NCBI GenBank assembly: GCA_051294905.1
Contig: CM119378.1
Location: 744,001 to 808,000, forward strand
Source: Botryllus schlosseri
Taxonomy: Eukaryota
Reading direction: 5' to 3'
Length of the DNA stretch: 64,000 bases
The notes beneath the pieces are model-generated. The model ran no database searches, was not told where the DNA came from, and was given only the letters and a program-made list of their open reading frames with translations. Both the position numbers and the translations under genes were made by a program. This document shows positions 50,111 to 62,983 of this stretch, piece by piece (position 1 is the stretch's first letter; each line of letters opens with the position of its first letter).

Positions 50111-51116
50111 TGTCGAATAAATCACCCAATCTTATGTATGTTCGGGTTGTTCGCGACACGCCAGTGTCACTTGTGAAAGCAACCAGTCATTCGCTGATTG
50201 TACGTTTCACTGATTCTCCATTGTTACATCACAAATAAATTGACCGTGAACGAAACAGTCACAGCTTACGTTATCGTAGTAGCAATAGATTAATCTAATA
50301 GCAGCGTGTATCTTTGTTTCTTAGACGGCTCAGAGATTACATTGCGCAGTGCTCACCTTTACCAACCATCTTGTTTGCTATAAATCGAACGAATATCGTT
50401 TATACCAGTGGTTCCCAACCTTTATCGACTCATAGCCCCCTTTTGAAGCTCCACTCCGATCATAGCCCCCCAAATATTGGGAACCGAAAAATGGTCATAC
50501 TAACTGGGATCACCGGCGAGTTGACTAATCAAAAAAATCGAAATTACACTTTTACAGCTAAATTTTCATGAGTTGACTAAAAAAAGGTCATTTATCCGAC
50601 TTGACTCCCATCAGGACCGTAACAGCACTTCGTCAGCCCCCCACCCCACCCCCCCCCCCCCAAAAAAAAAAAACGTTGGTCTTGAGCCTCCATAGGGTGA
50701 TAAACCAAACCCCTGACCGACCCCCCTCATCCAGTGGGCTTCAAGTCGCTATATATCAGTGTTGGGATGACTCGAGTCAGACTCGAGTCACCTTTTTCGT
50801 GTGACTTGACTTGACTCGAGTCACTTTGCAAAAATGACTTGACTTGACTTGACTCGGCGCTTCTGAAATGTGGATTGACTCGTGACTCGGAGCAAAATTC
50901 ACGAGTCAATTTCAAGTCATTAAGTAAACTGTGTCGATTAAATAACCATATCTTGTTTATGTTTTGTTTGTTCGCGATACGCCGGTGTCACTTGTGAAAA
51001 CAACCAGTCATTCGCTGATTGTACGTTTCACTGATTCTCCATTGTCACATCACAAATAATTTGACCGCTAACGAAACAATCACAGCTTATGTTATCGTAG
51101 TAGCAATAGATTAATC

Positions 51117-51831
51117 CAGGCCTGGTCAACCTTTTCAGCCAAAGGGCCACATTCGATCGACGAAATATTGCGCGGGCCACTAGCCGCGCGAAGCGCGAAA
51201 TTTTTTCGACATTCATAGCTCAATAATAGTCACTTGACTATATTGCAGGCCTGCAGTATATCGCTGGGCTCAGTTTGCCAGGACTAGACTATTCAGCGCC
51301 TGAACATATCAATTTCGAAAGCTTCGACCAACATGCGTCAATCGTTTTGTGCCTAGGTTTCATAGTGGACGGGTCTTTCTGCGAGCGCAAACGCTAGGTC
51401 GCATGACACTTTGTCTCGTAATCGAGAATATATAGTTAGACTCAATCTGAAACATTAAGCGTTCTTTCATCTTCACAAAGGGGTAACAATATTAAAAGCA
51501 AGAAATCGAGTGACAAAATGTTGCGCGAAGCGTGTAGAAAATATTTAGTTTTGATTAATTTATCGCAAATTATTCTGCTTTATTGTAGTGTACGAAGATC
51601 TACCAAAGTGTGACTGGCTCATGGAAATGCCAATGCGTCGTAACTGATATTTTAGTCATAACATCTCAAGTGTTGCTTCCAGACTAATCAAATTTTTGGT
51701 TGGCATTGCAAGTTCACAATCTGTGCAATTCATTTTTATAACATTACCAATTTCGGAAATTACCTCGCGGGCCACTCAAAACCTTCTCACGGGCCACATG
51801 TGGCCCGCGGGCCACGGGTTGGCCGGCCCTG
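51117..51831. mobile_element. hAT MITE
   Basis: Perfect TSD gattaatc; an empty site with a single gattaatc occurs near 50289. Confidence 0.92.
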
Positions 51832-52577
51832 GATTAATCTAATAGCAACGTGTATCCTTGTTTCTAAGACGGCTCAGAGCTTACATTGCGGATGTGCTCA
51901 CCTTTACCAACCATCTTGTTTGATATATAACGAACGAATATAGTTTACGCGTTTATATTCTCACGGATGTGTATTTGGGCAGTGTATTGTACCACATCAA
52001 TTTCTTCAACTTCTCGAGGATTCGTATTCGATACTCAATATTGGCCGATAAAATCAGACTGTAGACGTAACTATAAAATTATTCGCATATTTTATTAGCA
52101 GTACGTTCTACGTTTGCGTGAGTGCTGCAACATCGTTTTGCATGTATATTTATCTTTATATTCGTTATTTGATTCAAGATAAATGGCCAATTCATCTGTC
52201 CTTAATCTAGTTAGCAAAATGTAATGACTTTGCATCATCACTCATACTTCGAAATTTCAATTTGACTTGAATCGTGACTTGACTCGTGACTTGACTTGAC
52301 TTGACTCGACTTGACTCGAGTCACCTCCAAAAAACGATTGACTTGACTTGACTCGAGTCACCGTTGAAAATCGATTGACTTGACTTGACTCGAGTCAAAA
52401 TGTGCAATGACTCGAGATGACTCGTGACTTGAAGGTAGTGACTTGATCCCAACACTGAATGAAGCTCGACAGCGAGAAAACCTTGGCCGAAAAGGACTGC
52501 CCTTATGTTGACCGAAAACCTCAAAGTTCAATTGTCCATAGGCAATATTTGCCAGTGAAGAAATACCAATCGGGAAT

Positions 52578-54449
52578 GTGTGGCGAGATAGCGCGGTGGT
52601 ATAATCCGCGGCTGCAACACCAATGGGTGCGGGTTCGAGTCCGACCGAGGTCGACTTCAGAATTCCGAAACTTAAGTGTTGGAGGTTTACCTATAGGCTC
52701 CTCCTCGCCACCTCATCCGCGTTAGCGGTGTCTTACAAAAAGCCTAGAGGTGGGCCGTGCTCTAAGTCGGCAGTTACGGAAAATAATGAACAATATCGGC
52801 CTGGTGTAAATGACCATAGTTGTCGACAAACACCATGAATACTAGGGATGGTGTGAACGCGAGGTTCACGTTCGCGTTCTGTGTGTGAACCTTGGAAATT
52901 TAGAGGTTCACGTTCACTAACGAACCTTGATAGGTTCTGCACTGTGAACGTTTTTCATTTTTTACAATTTTCACTCATCTTCGGTTGAAATTTATTGCAT
53001 TATAACTGCGGGACACTATAGGCATGGCGCTGGTAGCATAGACACTAAACGAGCATGCACCCTGACAATCTCAAATTTTTAACCTGCTTTGTTACAATAT
53101 TTAGTGACTCTCTGCTATGAGCTTGACCCGCAATCACAAAATATCAAGACCGAAAAGCGATTGATGCCTATTTAACCAATTAATGAAATTGATATCGGTG
53201 TCAGATGTAATAAATCTAGCAAGAGTACGGGGTTCATCTCGATTTCATATGTTTATTGTACCATTAAAACCAAATACGTGCGGTTGAAGTGCTGGCCACT
53301 GCTGTATAGCTTGGTAATGTGGTAAAACCCGTTTACACTCTGCTTAATATCAACGTGGGAACACTCAGACGCCGAATACATTGTCCGGTCTGGCCTAGAC
53401 GGTCAAGGCTTATGATTATATTCCCATGCAAGTCCTCATCGAATTTGTTGACAAAGTGACGGAAGACATTGATTTTATGGGATAATTATATCATTTGATT
53501 GCTTCGCAGTTGATACATTTGGTGACGTTTAAAAAGTCAGTATGTACTTCAGCATTGTGACATTATGTGGCCCAACTCGGCGCTTGGTATCGTGTACATT
53601 AATATATATCCCTTCACTGAAATGTACGGTCGGAATTAGCAATATGACGTCACGTTTTTTGAGCAGAATTCGAACCCTGCAAAACCGTGCGATACGGCTG
53701 ATCTCATCTGTACCTTTACGTACCAATTTATCGCCTTACTACCGTAAGCATCGAATTTTGCGAGTTGATGAACTGTATCGCTTCGAAGTATCAAAAGTTG
53801 TTCACAAATATTTTTCCAATAGTCTCCCTCCTGTGTTTGATGACTTTTTCATACCTGCTAAACATGTCCATTCCCATTACACGAGATCTTCGTCTAAAGG
53901 AAACGTCTACTTACCCCAACCCAATAGCAACCTAACTAAGAGATCTATCGACTACTCGGGACCTATCATCTGGAATGCATTACCATCACATATCCGTGAA
54001 TTGCCTTATAATAGATTCAAAAAAGCCCTACTTGATCACCTCTTGTCGTTACACTAACACTGTTGCCCTACCTCGCCCAGACATTGCTTCATTGATCATT
54101 TGCTACCATTGTTTAATTTTTTTTCTATTTTCCTTTCGTAACTAAACATTTTTTTACAGCCAGACTGTTCTGAGTCAAGTGTACCTGTTTGATGCTGGTG
54201 TGATCAGACTAGATGACCTTCACGGTCTTATCGATCATTCCTATCTAATACCGAATACTGTGCACGCATATTTTCTGTACCACCATCACTGCCGTTTGTT
54301 ATGTATTTTGGTTCGATGAAAATAAAGACTCTCTCTCTCTCTGAGGTTCACGTTCGCGTTCACACAGAACCTTTCAAAAAGGTTCGCGTTCACACGAACC
54401 TGAACCTTTCAGAGGTTCACACCATCCCTAATGAATACCATAAACAACA
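52578..54449 (+). mobile_element. tRNA-derived SINE interrupted by MITE 52843-54430
   Basis: A box tagcgcggtgg, B box gggttcgagtcc; 13-bp TSD accaatcgggaat; MITE TSD atgaatac. An uninterrupted tail homologue lies at ~30960-31120. Confidence 0.88.
53656..54342 (+). mobile_element. 5'-truncated CR1/L2-group LINE (RT C-terminus + 3' UTR, (CT)n tail) nested in the MITE
   Basis: LQNRAIRLIS...ILRVDELYRFEV...HSHYTR...YSGPIIWNALP...FKK, followed by gactagatgacc, aataaa and (ct)n. Confidence 0.9.
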
Positions 54450-56356
54450 ACCAATCGGGAATCGGGGTCGTCATTTTAGTTTGGAACGCTTCGGCAATGT
54501 CAATATCTTTTCACATAGCAGACGGGAAGTCACGAAATAACAACATGTAACGAAGTAGGCTAATTATACCAACGGGCCCTCCCGACTATTTCCAAGAGTA
54601 GCCTACCCCACTCAGCTCTAGCGGTAAAACTAAGTAGGCCACTACGTGGGCTGAGAGAGGTTAAAAATATGGCAATATATTTGCAATTACCAATATTATT
54701 GACCGATTGAATCATGATTCATGAATCATGAAAAAATTCCGCGCTTCGCGCGATTAGGGCATATAAGACATCCCGTGCATCGTGCATCTCGACGGGGATT
54801 GGTATTGATAGAAAAACGCGGATAGGGGTTTAAAGAGAGTTAAAAACGTATCATGTTTAACATTGTTTCAAAATATGACGGCCGGGTCATAACAAAGACT
54901 CGAAAATTGGTATCCGCAGCTATCCTGCTAGGCGCTCAGCAATCACGGATAGCATGGAGGAGAAAAAAACCGGGGGCGCAGACTAGATGACCTCATGGGG
55001 CCGTATCTGCGCCGATCGAGATGCCGGACGCTTTACCATTACGCTATCTCGGACAATTGAAACTTCTGAATACACGGCTGACTCGTGCGATTTATGTGAA
55101 ACCTATTGTAGAGGCAATGTACCTGGTAACATCAGTTCGAGATTGCATCCCTGACAGCGATAGGATTTTTAATCGTCATATCGCCAATATTGTTCTGTGT
55201 TGAAACGGAGCCGAACGTCGGCTCCTGTTAATCGATCGTCCGTTGATTGTGATTGATTGGTGTCATCATATAATTACCCTCTATTCTTTTTACACTGTGT
55301 ATTTTGGAAAGTAAAAAGTAGTTCTGGGATATGTTTGCAGCACATTTATGACTGAAATCGTCATAAAGCCACGTGAAATAGCCATGTCATTACAGTTAAC
55401 TGTTGAATATATTTTCAAATATTGTACTTATCGGAAGGTCGTTATTAGTAATTTCGTGTTAGCTACGAAGATACAATCTTGGTATTTCGTACGCAGCCAC
55501 CAACGATCAACTGCCAAACGTGTATGTGAAGTGTGAACCCTCGACCAAATCTACTTAGTTAGAGGCTCAGTTCTGCGACCCTTCGTTTTCTACATCCCCC
55601 TGAAGTAGTTTTGTCGCGTCTTGAAAATCCGATCCTCGACCCTGGTTGTAAATCAAATTTGAGATTATAGTCTTTTTAAAATTGAGCTCTGAATTCCAAA
55701 GGTGATAACGTTTATGGGTGCAATACTTTTACTTCTACTTGAGTACAAATGATGGCTACTTTGACACCTTTGCTCAACACTAGTATAGACCTATGCTCAA
55801 TGCACACTGGCCCTAATGCTCCTCATTACAATCTGACAGTTCACTTCACACAAGCTGATAATAACATGTCATTATTATTCACAATATCAAGCACCAATGA
55901 TAAAAACATATTCATGGCTTGTGAAGTGGCTTGCGAATTGGATTTCTGATACAGGTCTCTTACTCAAAATTCTCTCCTCATTTACATATGCCTTTGATCA
56001 GTTCATTCCACAGTTACAGTCCTGTGAATTCCACATGCCAACATTAGCAGTGAAATGCATCTTTTAGCAAATCTCAACAATGTTGGTAATGATTATATCC
56101 TGTGGTGCTCAAACTGCGCATTTTTGCATATGTCCCTTGATTGCAAGTCAAAGATCTGTTTTTTCAAACATTCCTGCTCATCACGAGATTTGAAGTCTTG
56201 GACATTTCTTAGCGAGAACCTTGTGGCCAAATCATTTGGAAGGTTCAGCACAATGGTATCTGGGTAGACAGAAGTACCAATGCCAAAATATTCAGAAAGT
56301 GCTTTCCAAACTAGTGCCAGAACCCGAAAGGATTGATGAACACATAGCAGCTTGTC

Positions 56357-58012
56357 TTATGATTGCGGGGTAGACATTTTGATTACAAAAAGCTCATTTT
56401 TGGTGAGCGCAAAGATCATATCGTCAGCAGTGTGGAATCCGCATATCGGATCATTTGAAGGTAAAGTGACCACTTGCTGTTTAGACAGGTGAGCTTGTTT
56501 CCCTGTGACACGATTCCTTAATGGCGCTGATGCGGCTGTCGAAGTATGATAAACAAAAACGCGACGCGCTGACTCACACAGAGCTGCAAACGACGCATTC
56601 GAGGAACAATTGGAGTACTTCACGTCTTGTTTAGAAGCTTTCACATATCCCAACGCATTAAAAGTAGAAACATGCGACCACGGACATTTCAAATCGTCGT
56701 GAGGATTATCGCAAGTCCACATCAATGCGTCCACATCATGACGCAGAACGAAACAACTCTCTTGCTCATGGTAGCAATTGAAAAGCCATTGGTTACTTGC
56801 CAAGCTAGCTTCGTGGGTAAATTTTTTGTGATCCCCATCAAAACAATACAGAACTGAACTGGCATCTGGCAAATCATCGCAGTCCTCGTATCTGTCGAGA
56901 CCAGCTGGCTGAAATCCGCGTGCATCCTGCATTGTGATATCATCGTGTATCTCACGATTAGCGTCGCCTGAAATAAGATATTCCCAACGTTGTTCTTGAT
57001 CTGATTTTTGCAGAGTGACTTCGAGGATGTCATCAGTAACGGTCCAGGTATTTAATTCAGGATCAACATTGTGGCAGAGTTCCCCTTGCATTAAGGTATG
57101 TATCTCTTGATCCATTTTTGTGCCGATTTTAACAGAGTTGGCTTTTATATCGCACACGATATGTTCCTTCGAAAGCTTTCCTGGCAGAGTGATGCTTATT
57201 GTGATATCATCATCGCTTTGCTTCCAAACATATTTCATGTCTTCATGTTTATCTTTGATATCAGTAATATCTTCATCCCAATCTGATACAACAGTAACTT
57301 TAGCTTGTGATGCGATATGGATCGTGTTCGATTCCTTGCTAAATCCTACAAAGTACGGCACGTGGGATGTCTTGAACAGATTTTGCTCCTCGATGCTCCA
57401 TTTAGAGTTTTTATTTGCGATCTTGATCCATTCTAGAAAAACCTGCGTTTCAGATTCCTTGTCTTGGAATTTCAAAAGAGCGACATCAATTAATGTTTCG
57501 TTTCTTTGCCTTGAGTGTAAAATAATTGTGTTGAACCCGCTTCCACCAAGGTTGCAGTCGGAAACTCTTTCCCATTTTTCATTTTGCGATGTCTGCCTAT
57601 CTCCGGTAGATACAACAGAAATATGGCCTGTGTCGTCGGCTAGAAGACACAAATTAGACGACGGAAAAGATATAGAAATCGGTAAATATTTCTCTTGGGA
57701 ATAATGCTGCAGTTGATATACAGATGTTGGTTTAGGGATGGAGGTTTCCACTGAGACACAGCATTGCTTGACCTTGCCGGTTTGATCCACATAATACGAT
57801 GTCCGACTGCTCCAAGGATCAGTGATCAAATAGTTGTAGAAAGACAGAAGTTTAATTCGTTGGAACGAGAAGTCATCAGCTTGTGGCGCGAGGACATCAG
57901 GTCCGTTGTCCAGTTTGACGGAATATACTGCAAGTTGTTCTAGCGAAAGCTTGTACGATTCAAAGTTTGAATCCAAGAGCTTCCAATTTGGTTTTAGATT
58001 CACACAAGTCAT
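56357..58012 (-). CDS. NUDCD1: NudC domain-containing protein 1, 551 aa, single coding exon
   Basis: LLDSNFESYKLS N-terminus, CS/p23 domain (YVWKQSDDDITI...WTVTDDILEVTLQK), LRHDVDALMW and FNALGYVKASKQD motifs. Confidence 0.95.
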   Translation of the reverse strand: MTCVNLKPNWKLLDSNFESYKLSLEQLAVYSVKLDNGPDVLAPQADDFSFQRIKLLSFYNYLITDPWSSRTSYYVDQTGKVKQCCVSVETSIPKPTSVYQLQHYSQEKYLPISISFPSSNLCLLADDTGHISVVSTGDRQTSQNEKWERVSDCNLGGSGFNTIILHSRQRNETLIDVALLKFQDKESETQVFLEWIKIANKNSKWSIEEQNLFKTSHVPYFVGFSKESNTIHIASQAKVTVVSDWDEDITDIKDKHEDMKYVWKQSDDDITISITLPGKLSKEHIVCDIKANSVKIGTKMDQEIHTLMQGELCHNVDPELNTWTVTDDILEVTLQKSDQEQRWEYLISGDANREIHDDITMQDARGFQPAGLDRYEDCDDLPDASSVLYCFDGDHKKFTHEASLASNQWLFNCYHEQESCFVLRHDVDALMWTCDNPHDDLKCPWSHVSTFNALGYVKASKQDVKYSNCSSNASFAALCESARRVFVYHTSTAASAPLRNRVTGKQAHLSKQQVVTLPSNDPICGFHTADDMIFALTKNELFVIKMSTPQS

Positions 58013-58234
58013 GATTGAACTCCTTTAAAACAACGGGTTTCTTGCAGGTAATGTCGCGAATCAATACAATCGCCTGAAACCACACACTAATATAAGAGTA
58101 TCTCTGTCATAAAACACGCAAAAAGTTTTGCAATAAACCAACAATCGGCGATTGATGATAATGGGATGATCATTGCGATCAAGTCGTACAATGCCCCCAA
58201 AAACGTCACCGAGTTCATGATCTAAGATGCAGTA

Positions 58235-58639
58235 TCAGTAACTCATAACGTCACTATGTTTCAAATAACGAACTTTAATATTTAATACAGATGTCAATAT
58301 TTTAAATTTTTTACGAAGCTCCTTAACTAATTCGGAGAAATTTTCGTGCTCAACGTCCAATTGCATCACTTTTTCGAGAACGCTAACAGTTTGCAATAAC
58401 TTTGTCTCAATTTTTTCATCGTTTACATTCCGCTTCGACGATGTCGCCTGTAATTTCATTTTGAAAAATTCGCAAAATCCGAAGTAATAGGCGACTTCGT
58501 CAGACAGGCTCTGACCACGACTAATTCCAATTGAAAATCCTTCGATATTTCCGACCTCAACGCCATGCGCAATGCCCTTTTCGTAACCTCTGTGAGCCTC
58601 ATCCTCTTCAGCAAATGCAATCTTGTCAAATTCATCCAT
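58235..58639 (-). CDS. LTO1: LTO1/ORAOV1 homolog (Yae1_N family, ABCE1 maturation factor), 134 aa, single coding exon
   Basis: DEFDKIAFAEE start, GX3 repeats (GYEKGIAHGVEVGNIEGFSIG), EVAYYFGF, LRKKFKILTSVLN and an aromatic C-terminal residue, as in ORAOV1. Confidence 0.9.
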   Translation of the reverse strand: MDEFDKIAFAEEDEAHRGYEKGIAHGVEVGNIEGFSIGISRGQSLSDEVAYYFGFCEFFKMKLQATSSKRNVNDEKIETKLLQTVSVLEKVMQLDVEHENFSELVKELRKKFKILTSVLNIKVRYLKHSDVMSY

Positions 58640-59821
58640 TATCCAGATTTTACTGTTTTAGTAAAATGAATTACGATATAACATATAGACGAATTACAGA
58701 GCAACATTCGTGGAGACAACTTAATGTTCACGTTTATACAATCTAATCAGAGATTAAAACAAATACACGGCCGGATTGGAGAATTTAATAAAACTTGTTT
58801 CAATCAAAAGCTTCTGTCGCTGTGTGCTATAGGGTTGTTCAAAATATGCATTGTCAGGTTGGCTAAAAAACACTACGCATCAGATTTTTCAACTCGTAGA
58901 AGCGAAGTTACTAGGGATATCATATAGACAGTTTTTGAATTCAAGAAAAATGTGTTATTTTTTTTAGATTGCAATTTCTACCCCATGCAATTGTTAAGTT
59001 GTCAAAAAAACGATGCATAAGCCTAACCGATTTGGAACAATTCCCACCTGTAGAAGCTAAGTTATATGAGTGGAAAATTTTGGATTTGAAAAAAGTAGGC
59101 CTAATTATGGTGTGAAATTATTTTATTAATAATTATAGAATTTTCTGAATTTTGCAACGTAAGTAGGCGTGTAGGCCTACTATTTTTCAAATCCAAAGCT
59201 TTCTAATGCAAAAGCTTTGCTTCTACATGTTGGAATTCTGTCAAATATCTCTGAATACCGTATACTATTTAATTGTATATTGAAGTTCTTTACCTCCAAG
59301 AAGCTCTTTAAATATCTTCCTATCGCTCTGCTTAGAAGATTATAAATTCATAATTTCATGGGGTACGAGTATACGGTATTATAGCCATTATCCAGTAAAT
59401 TCTGTAAGGAATAAAATCGTTTTCATCAAATTCAAAATTTTTTAACTCTAATAGCAATAGCTTCGCTTCTACAGGTTGAAACTTAGACAAATATGGTGTG
59501 CAGAGTTTATATCTAGGGCTAGGCTAGCCAATGTGACAATTCCAATTGCATTAGCAATAGATGCCAGTAAAATTAAATAAATATAATATGGACCGCCTCC
59601 AGAGCCGAAAATCGGCATTGCTACGATGTAACGAACAATCGCCGTACCGCGATACTGCGATCATACGCTGCAAGGTCGGTATTATACAATGTACGTACAA
59701 TTTTCAAATTTTAAGCTATACCAAATACCCCAATAAATTGACGCGAATGTGTTAGCCAAGCAAATCATTCATGCGACAAAATAATTGAAGCGCGGAACCA
59801 CGGAAAACTGACCCAATAAAT

Positions 59822-61032
59822 CAGGGGTGGGCAAACTACGGCCCGCGGGCCGCATGCGGCCCGCAACACCGTTCAGTGCAGCCCGCGAGAGTCAAAAAAA
59901 AACTTTTTTTTTAAATATTGATAAAATGCGTAGGCCTACTAAAAATCGAATAAATGCAGGGACTTGATTAAACTTTTTCTTAGTATGTTTGACCATGATA
60001 ATTCTAAGACAGTGGTTCTCAAAGTGGGTGGCGCTCCCCCCTTGAGGGCGTGAAAGCATCTGAAGGGAGGCGCGAAGCTGAGCTAAACTGAAAAAAATTT
60101 GCGCGCTTCGCGCGATTTACAGGCAATTCATAGTTATTCTTGCTCTGTATTTAGTCTGAATTTCATATTTCAAAATATCTCATCCACAGTCGTAACCTTC
60201 CATGCCAATAAACTATCCGTTTGGTCTGCTAGCATCCTGCATCCTGGCCGCGTTTTGTGATGTGACGATATGGGGGCGCGAAATCTTTCACCATCATAAG
60301 GGGGGGGCGTGTCTTAAAAAATTGAGAACCATTGTTCTAAGGTAAGTACTTCCTATACTCTTTTTTATGTTAAATTTCTGGCGCGACAGCCCGATCTCAA
60401 GGCCCACGCAGTTTGAAAGGTTTCAACTGTTAAACATCACAGAAATCCTAAACGAGATTGACATAATTCGGATCACGAGTGTGATTTCTGATTGGCCACT
60501 CCAGTTTTAATTATTTCAGTGATGTGCTAATAAAACGATTCGTGCGTGTTTTAGGTAGATTCGTTCTCTGTATGAGAATTGGGGTAATAATATATTATAT
60601 CTACACATAGTCGAAGCGTGTTTGAAGCTAACATGGCTATGATGCTGTCAGCATTGTGTGTCATGGAACTGAACCAGAACTGGAATTAGTAAATCTATGA
60701 ATAGATCGCTGCTCACAGATTTAAATTTCAATCCTGTTCTAAGAATCGGGACAACCGACTTTCATCTCTATAGTTTTGACAAATTGGTTATTGAGGTCGA
60801 CCAGCCTATGAAATCTCGCCACTATGTTTCTGACGCGTGTACGATATCATCAACGCAAATCGCAATGTTTGGTTTGTTTTAAATAAGATCATATATTATC
60901 TCTATGTCCTCACTATGTAATCAAATACCAATATTGCGTTTTGGTTTATAATCCCAATTTTATATAGTGCGGCCCGCGAATGGATTCCGATGTTGAATGC
61001 GGCCCGCGAGCTCAAAAGTTTGCCCACCCCTG
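59822..61032. mobile_element. hAT MITE with nested MITE ~60010-60334
   Basis: TIRs caggggtgggcaaact/agtttgcccacccctg; perfect TSD caataaat. Confidence 0.92.
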
Positions 61033-62280
61033 CAATAAATAGTGTCCTACACGGCATGGTTTCGTCACAATACCTAACTCCGTTACAATGCAATATTCGA
61101 GGCTTATTTTGGGGGGTTTCAGGGCCACGAGCAGAACAAAATTTATGTTATCGCAATCAGTACCGCGGTAGCTTTCGATTGATACCCGTTTTATCAAATT
61201 TGATGCTCGGCAAGGCCGGTCAAAAATCATCGTCAAATTGCCTTCAGTCAAATGGAAAGTGTAACGTAGACCAATTTCACTGAAACGACTGAACTACCCG
61301 GTTTACTCTGTCATTATAATATTGCATTGCGCCGTAGCTTTGTCTAATATTCAACAACAAAAATTTATGATTTTATTGGTGTTCTCCTCACTTTGCTCAT
61401 GCATGGTATTATCGAATATCACATGAGCTTAAATTTTAGATAACCGATTGAACTGCTTCAAAACTGAAAGGAACCAATTATTAAACAGTTGTTTTGACCA
61501 ACCCTGGTGCACTTAACTGCTTTGAAGAATTCCATATTGCATAAAAAACAGCACATTCAGATATTCGGAATAAATGACTATGGGGGTCGGGAAAAATTCG
61601 GTTGGCGTTCGGTATGCGAAAATTCCTTGATAATTTACGGGCTAACGTAATTTAAAAAACGTCTTGAGGTTGCAGACACGACTCGTAGGTGTGCTGTGCT
61701 CACTGTTCAGATTATCTTCTGATATTTTGAAATGATGAAAATCTTGTTTATCTGATACTGATCAATTCAAAACACCGCAAGATTGTGATATGAATCAAAT
61801 GACGGAAGGAGTCAAAATGACTTGGGATAGTGCTTTAATCAAACTACCACCCGTTTATACGGATATAGTATATTTTCAAAAAGAACATTTAAATAAGAAG
61901 CATGCACAATTGCACATGCACACGGAATGAAAATTACCATAAAATATATAAGCAATGAAAATGAAGCGACATGTCGGCAGGCGATGACATGCGAAGTCCT
62001 TCAGTAGCCAATTTAACATGGGTATTGGGTATTTTGCGTTCAAGTGGTCCATTACGACTGTCCGCTGGAATGCGACCGTACGATATATATGTGATAGAAC
62101 AGGAGCCGTGAATAGCAAAAAAAGTTGAACACCCCTCCACTAAAATCATTATGTCCCTAGGAGAACTACTGACCATCGACTGCGAAGCCATTTCTACAGC
62201 GACCCCCCTATCGCCCCGAGTGTTTCGTCTCCTTCAAAATTCAAATCACCCCATGGGGTGGCGCTGGAGCCAAGGTTAAG

Positions 62281-62326
62281 TCTAGATAACTAACCTATGG
62301 AGTTGGAGGTTAGTTCGTTATCTACA
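62281..62326. mobile_element. 46-bp palindrome with 7-bp TSD, same family as 27944-27979
   Basis: ggttaag[tctagataactaacctatggagttggaggttagttcgttatctaca]ggttaag. Confidence 0.75.
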
Positions 62327-62656
62327 GGTTAAGACAGCGTGTACTCAAAGGTGGTGTGGTATGGAGGTGTGGACACTCGGAAAATCACGGGACTGTCACG
62401 CCCAAGATGCCTTTGAATACTTTGTTATTGTCGATACGTCTGCAACATTAATTAAAGGCAACGTCCCTATTGGTCTTCGTTGATTTTGACTATGTTCCAT
62501 ATCGAGTTAGGTGACAGGATTTAGTATGGTATATTTTGATGCTGTCACCTCTCACTGTACCAAGTTTCAAGGCTGTGACTCGATGATTAGCGTAGTAATT
62601 TCGCTGTCGAAGTCTAGTATCTGGTAGATCAGCGCGCAGCGATATAATGCCGACTT

Positions 62657-62983
62657 TGAAAGGAAAGGACGTAGTTTATTTTTGTCCTTGATGTTTTTGC
62701 GGCATATACACCGACTCATGATACACACACACACGATCTGCGCATATGCATACCATGAGTGCATGATGTGCATATGCCGCTGGACAAGGAAGTGCAGATA
62801 TAGCCTTTACGGCTTTCTAAGTCATGCACCACCCCTCCATGCTATCCCAGTAATGCATGAGCGTCAAGCAGGGAAGCCATGGATACCAGTGTTACTATTC
62901 AGGTCTTTGGTCTGACCCGGCCGGGAATCGAACCCACGACCTACCGATCAAGAAGCCGGACGCTTAACCATTGCGCTATCTTG
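62657..62983 (-). mobile_element. tRNA-derived SINE with the same head and core as 19385-19644 but a different tail
   Basis: Minus strand gatagcgcaatggttaagcgtccggcttc...gggttcgattcccggccgggtcagaccaaagac; the tail also occurs at ~11915-12058. Confidence 0.85.

Larger units (their letters stand above)
49330..52457. mobile_element. CAGTGTTGGGA-family MITE complex with duplicated left arm (49330-50405 and 50757-51950)
   Basis: Two near-identical left ends and one right end; outer 8-bp flanks aacaaagc/aatgaagc. Confidence 0.8.

Noticed and set aside
53542..54057. 171-aa ORF as a host gene
   Set aside because: Chance fusion of MITE sequence with a LINE ORF2 C-terminus.
57120..57704. 194-aa plus-strand ORF
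   Set aside because: Antisense shadow of the NUDCD1 CDS with no recognisable motif.
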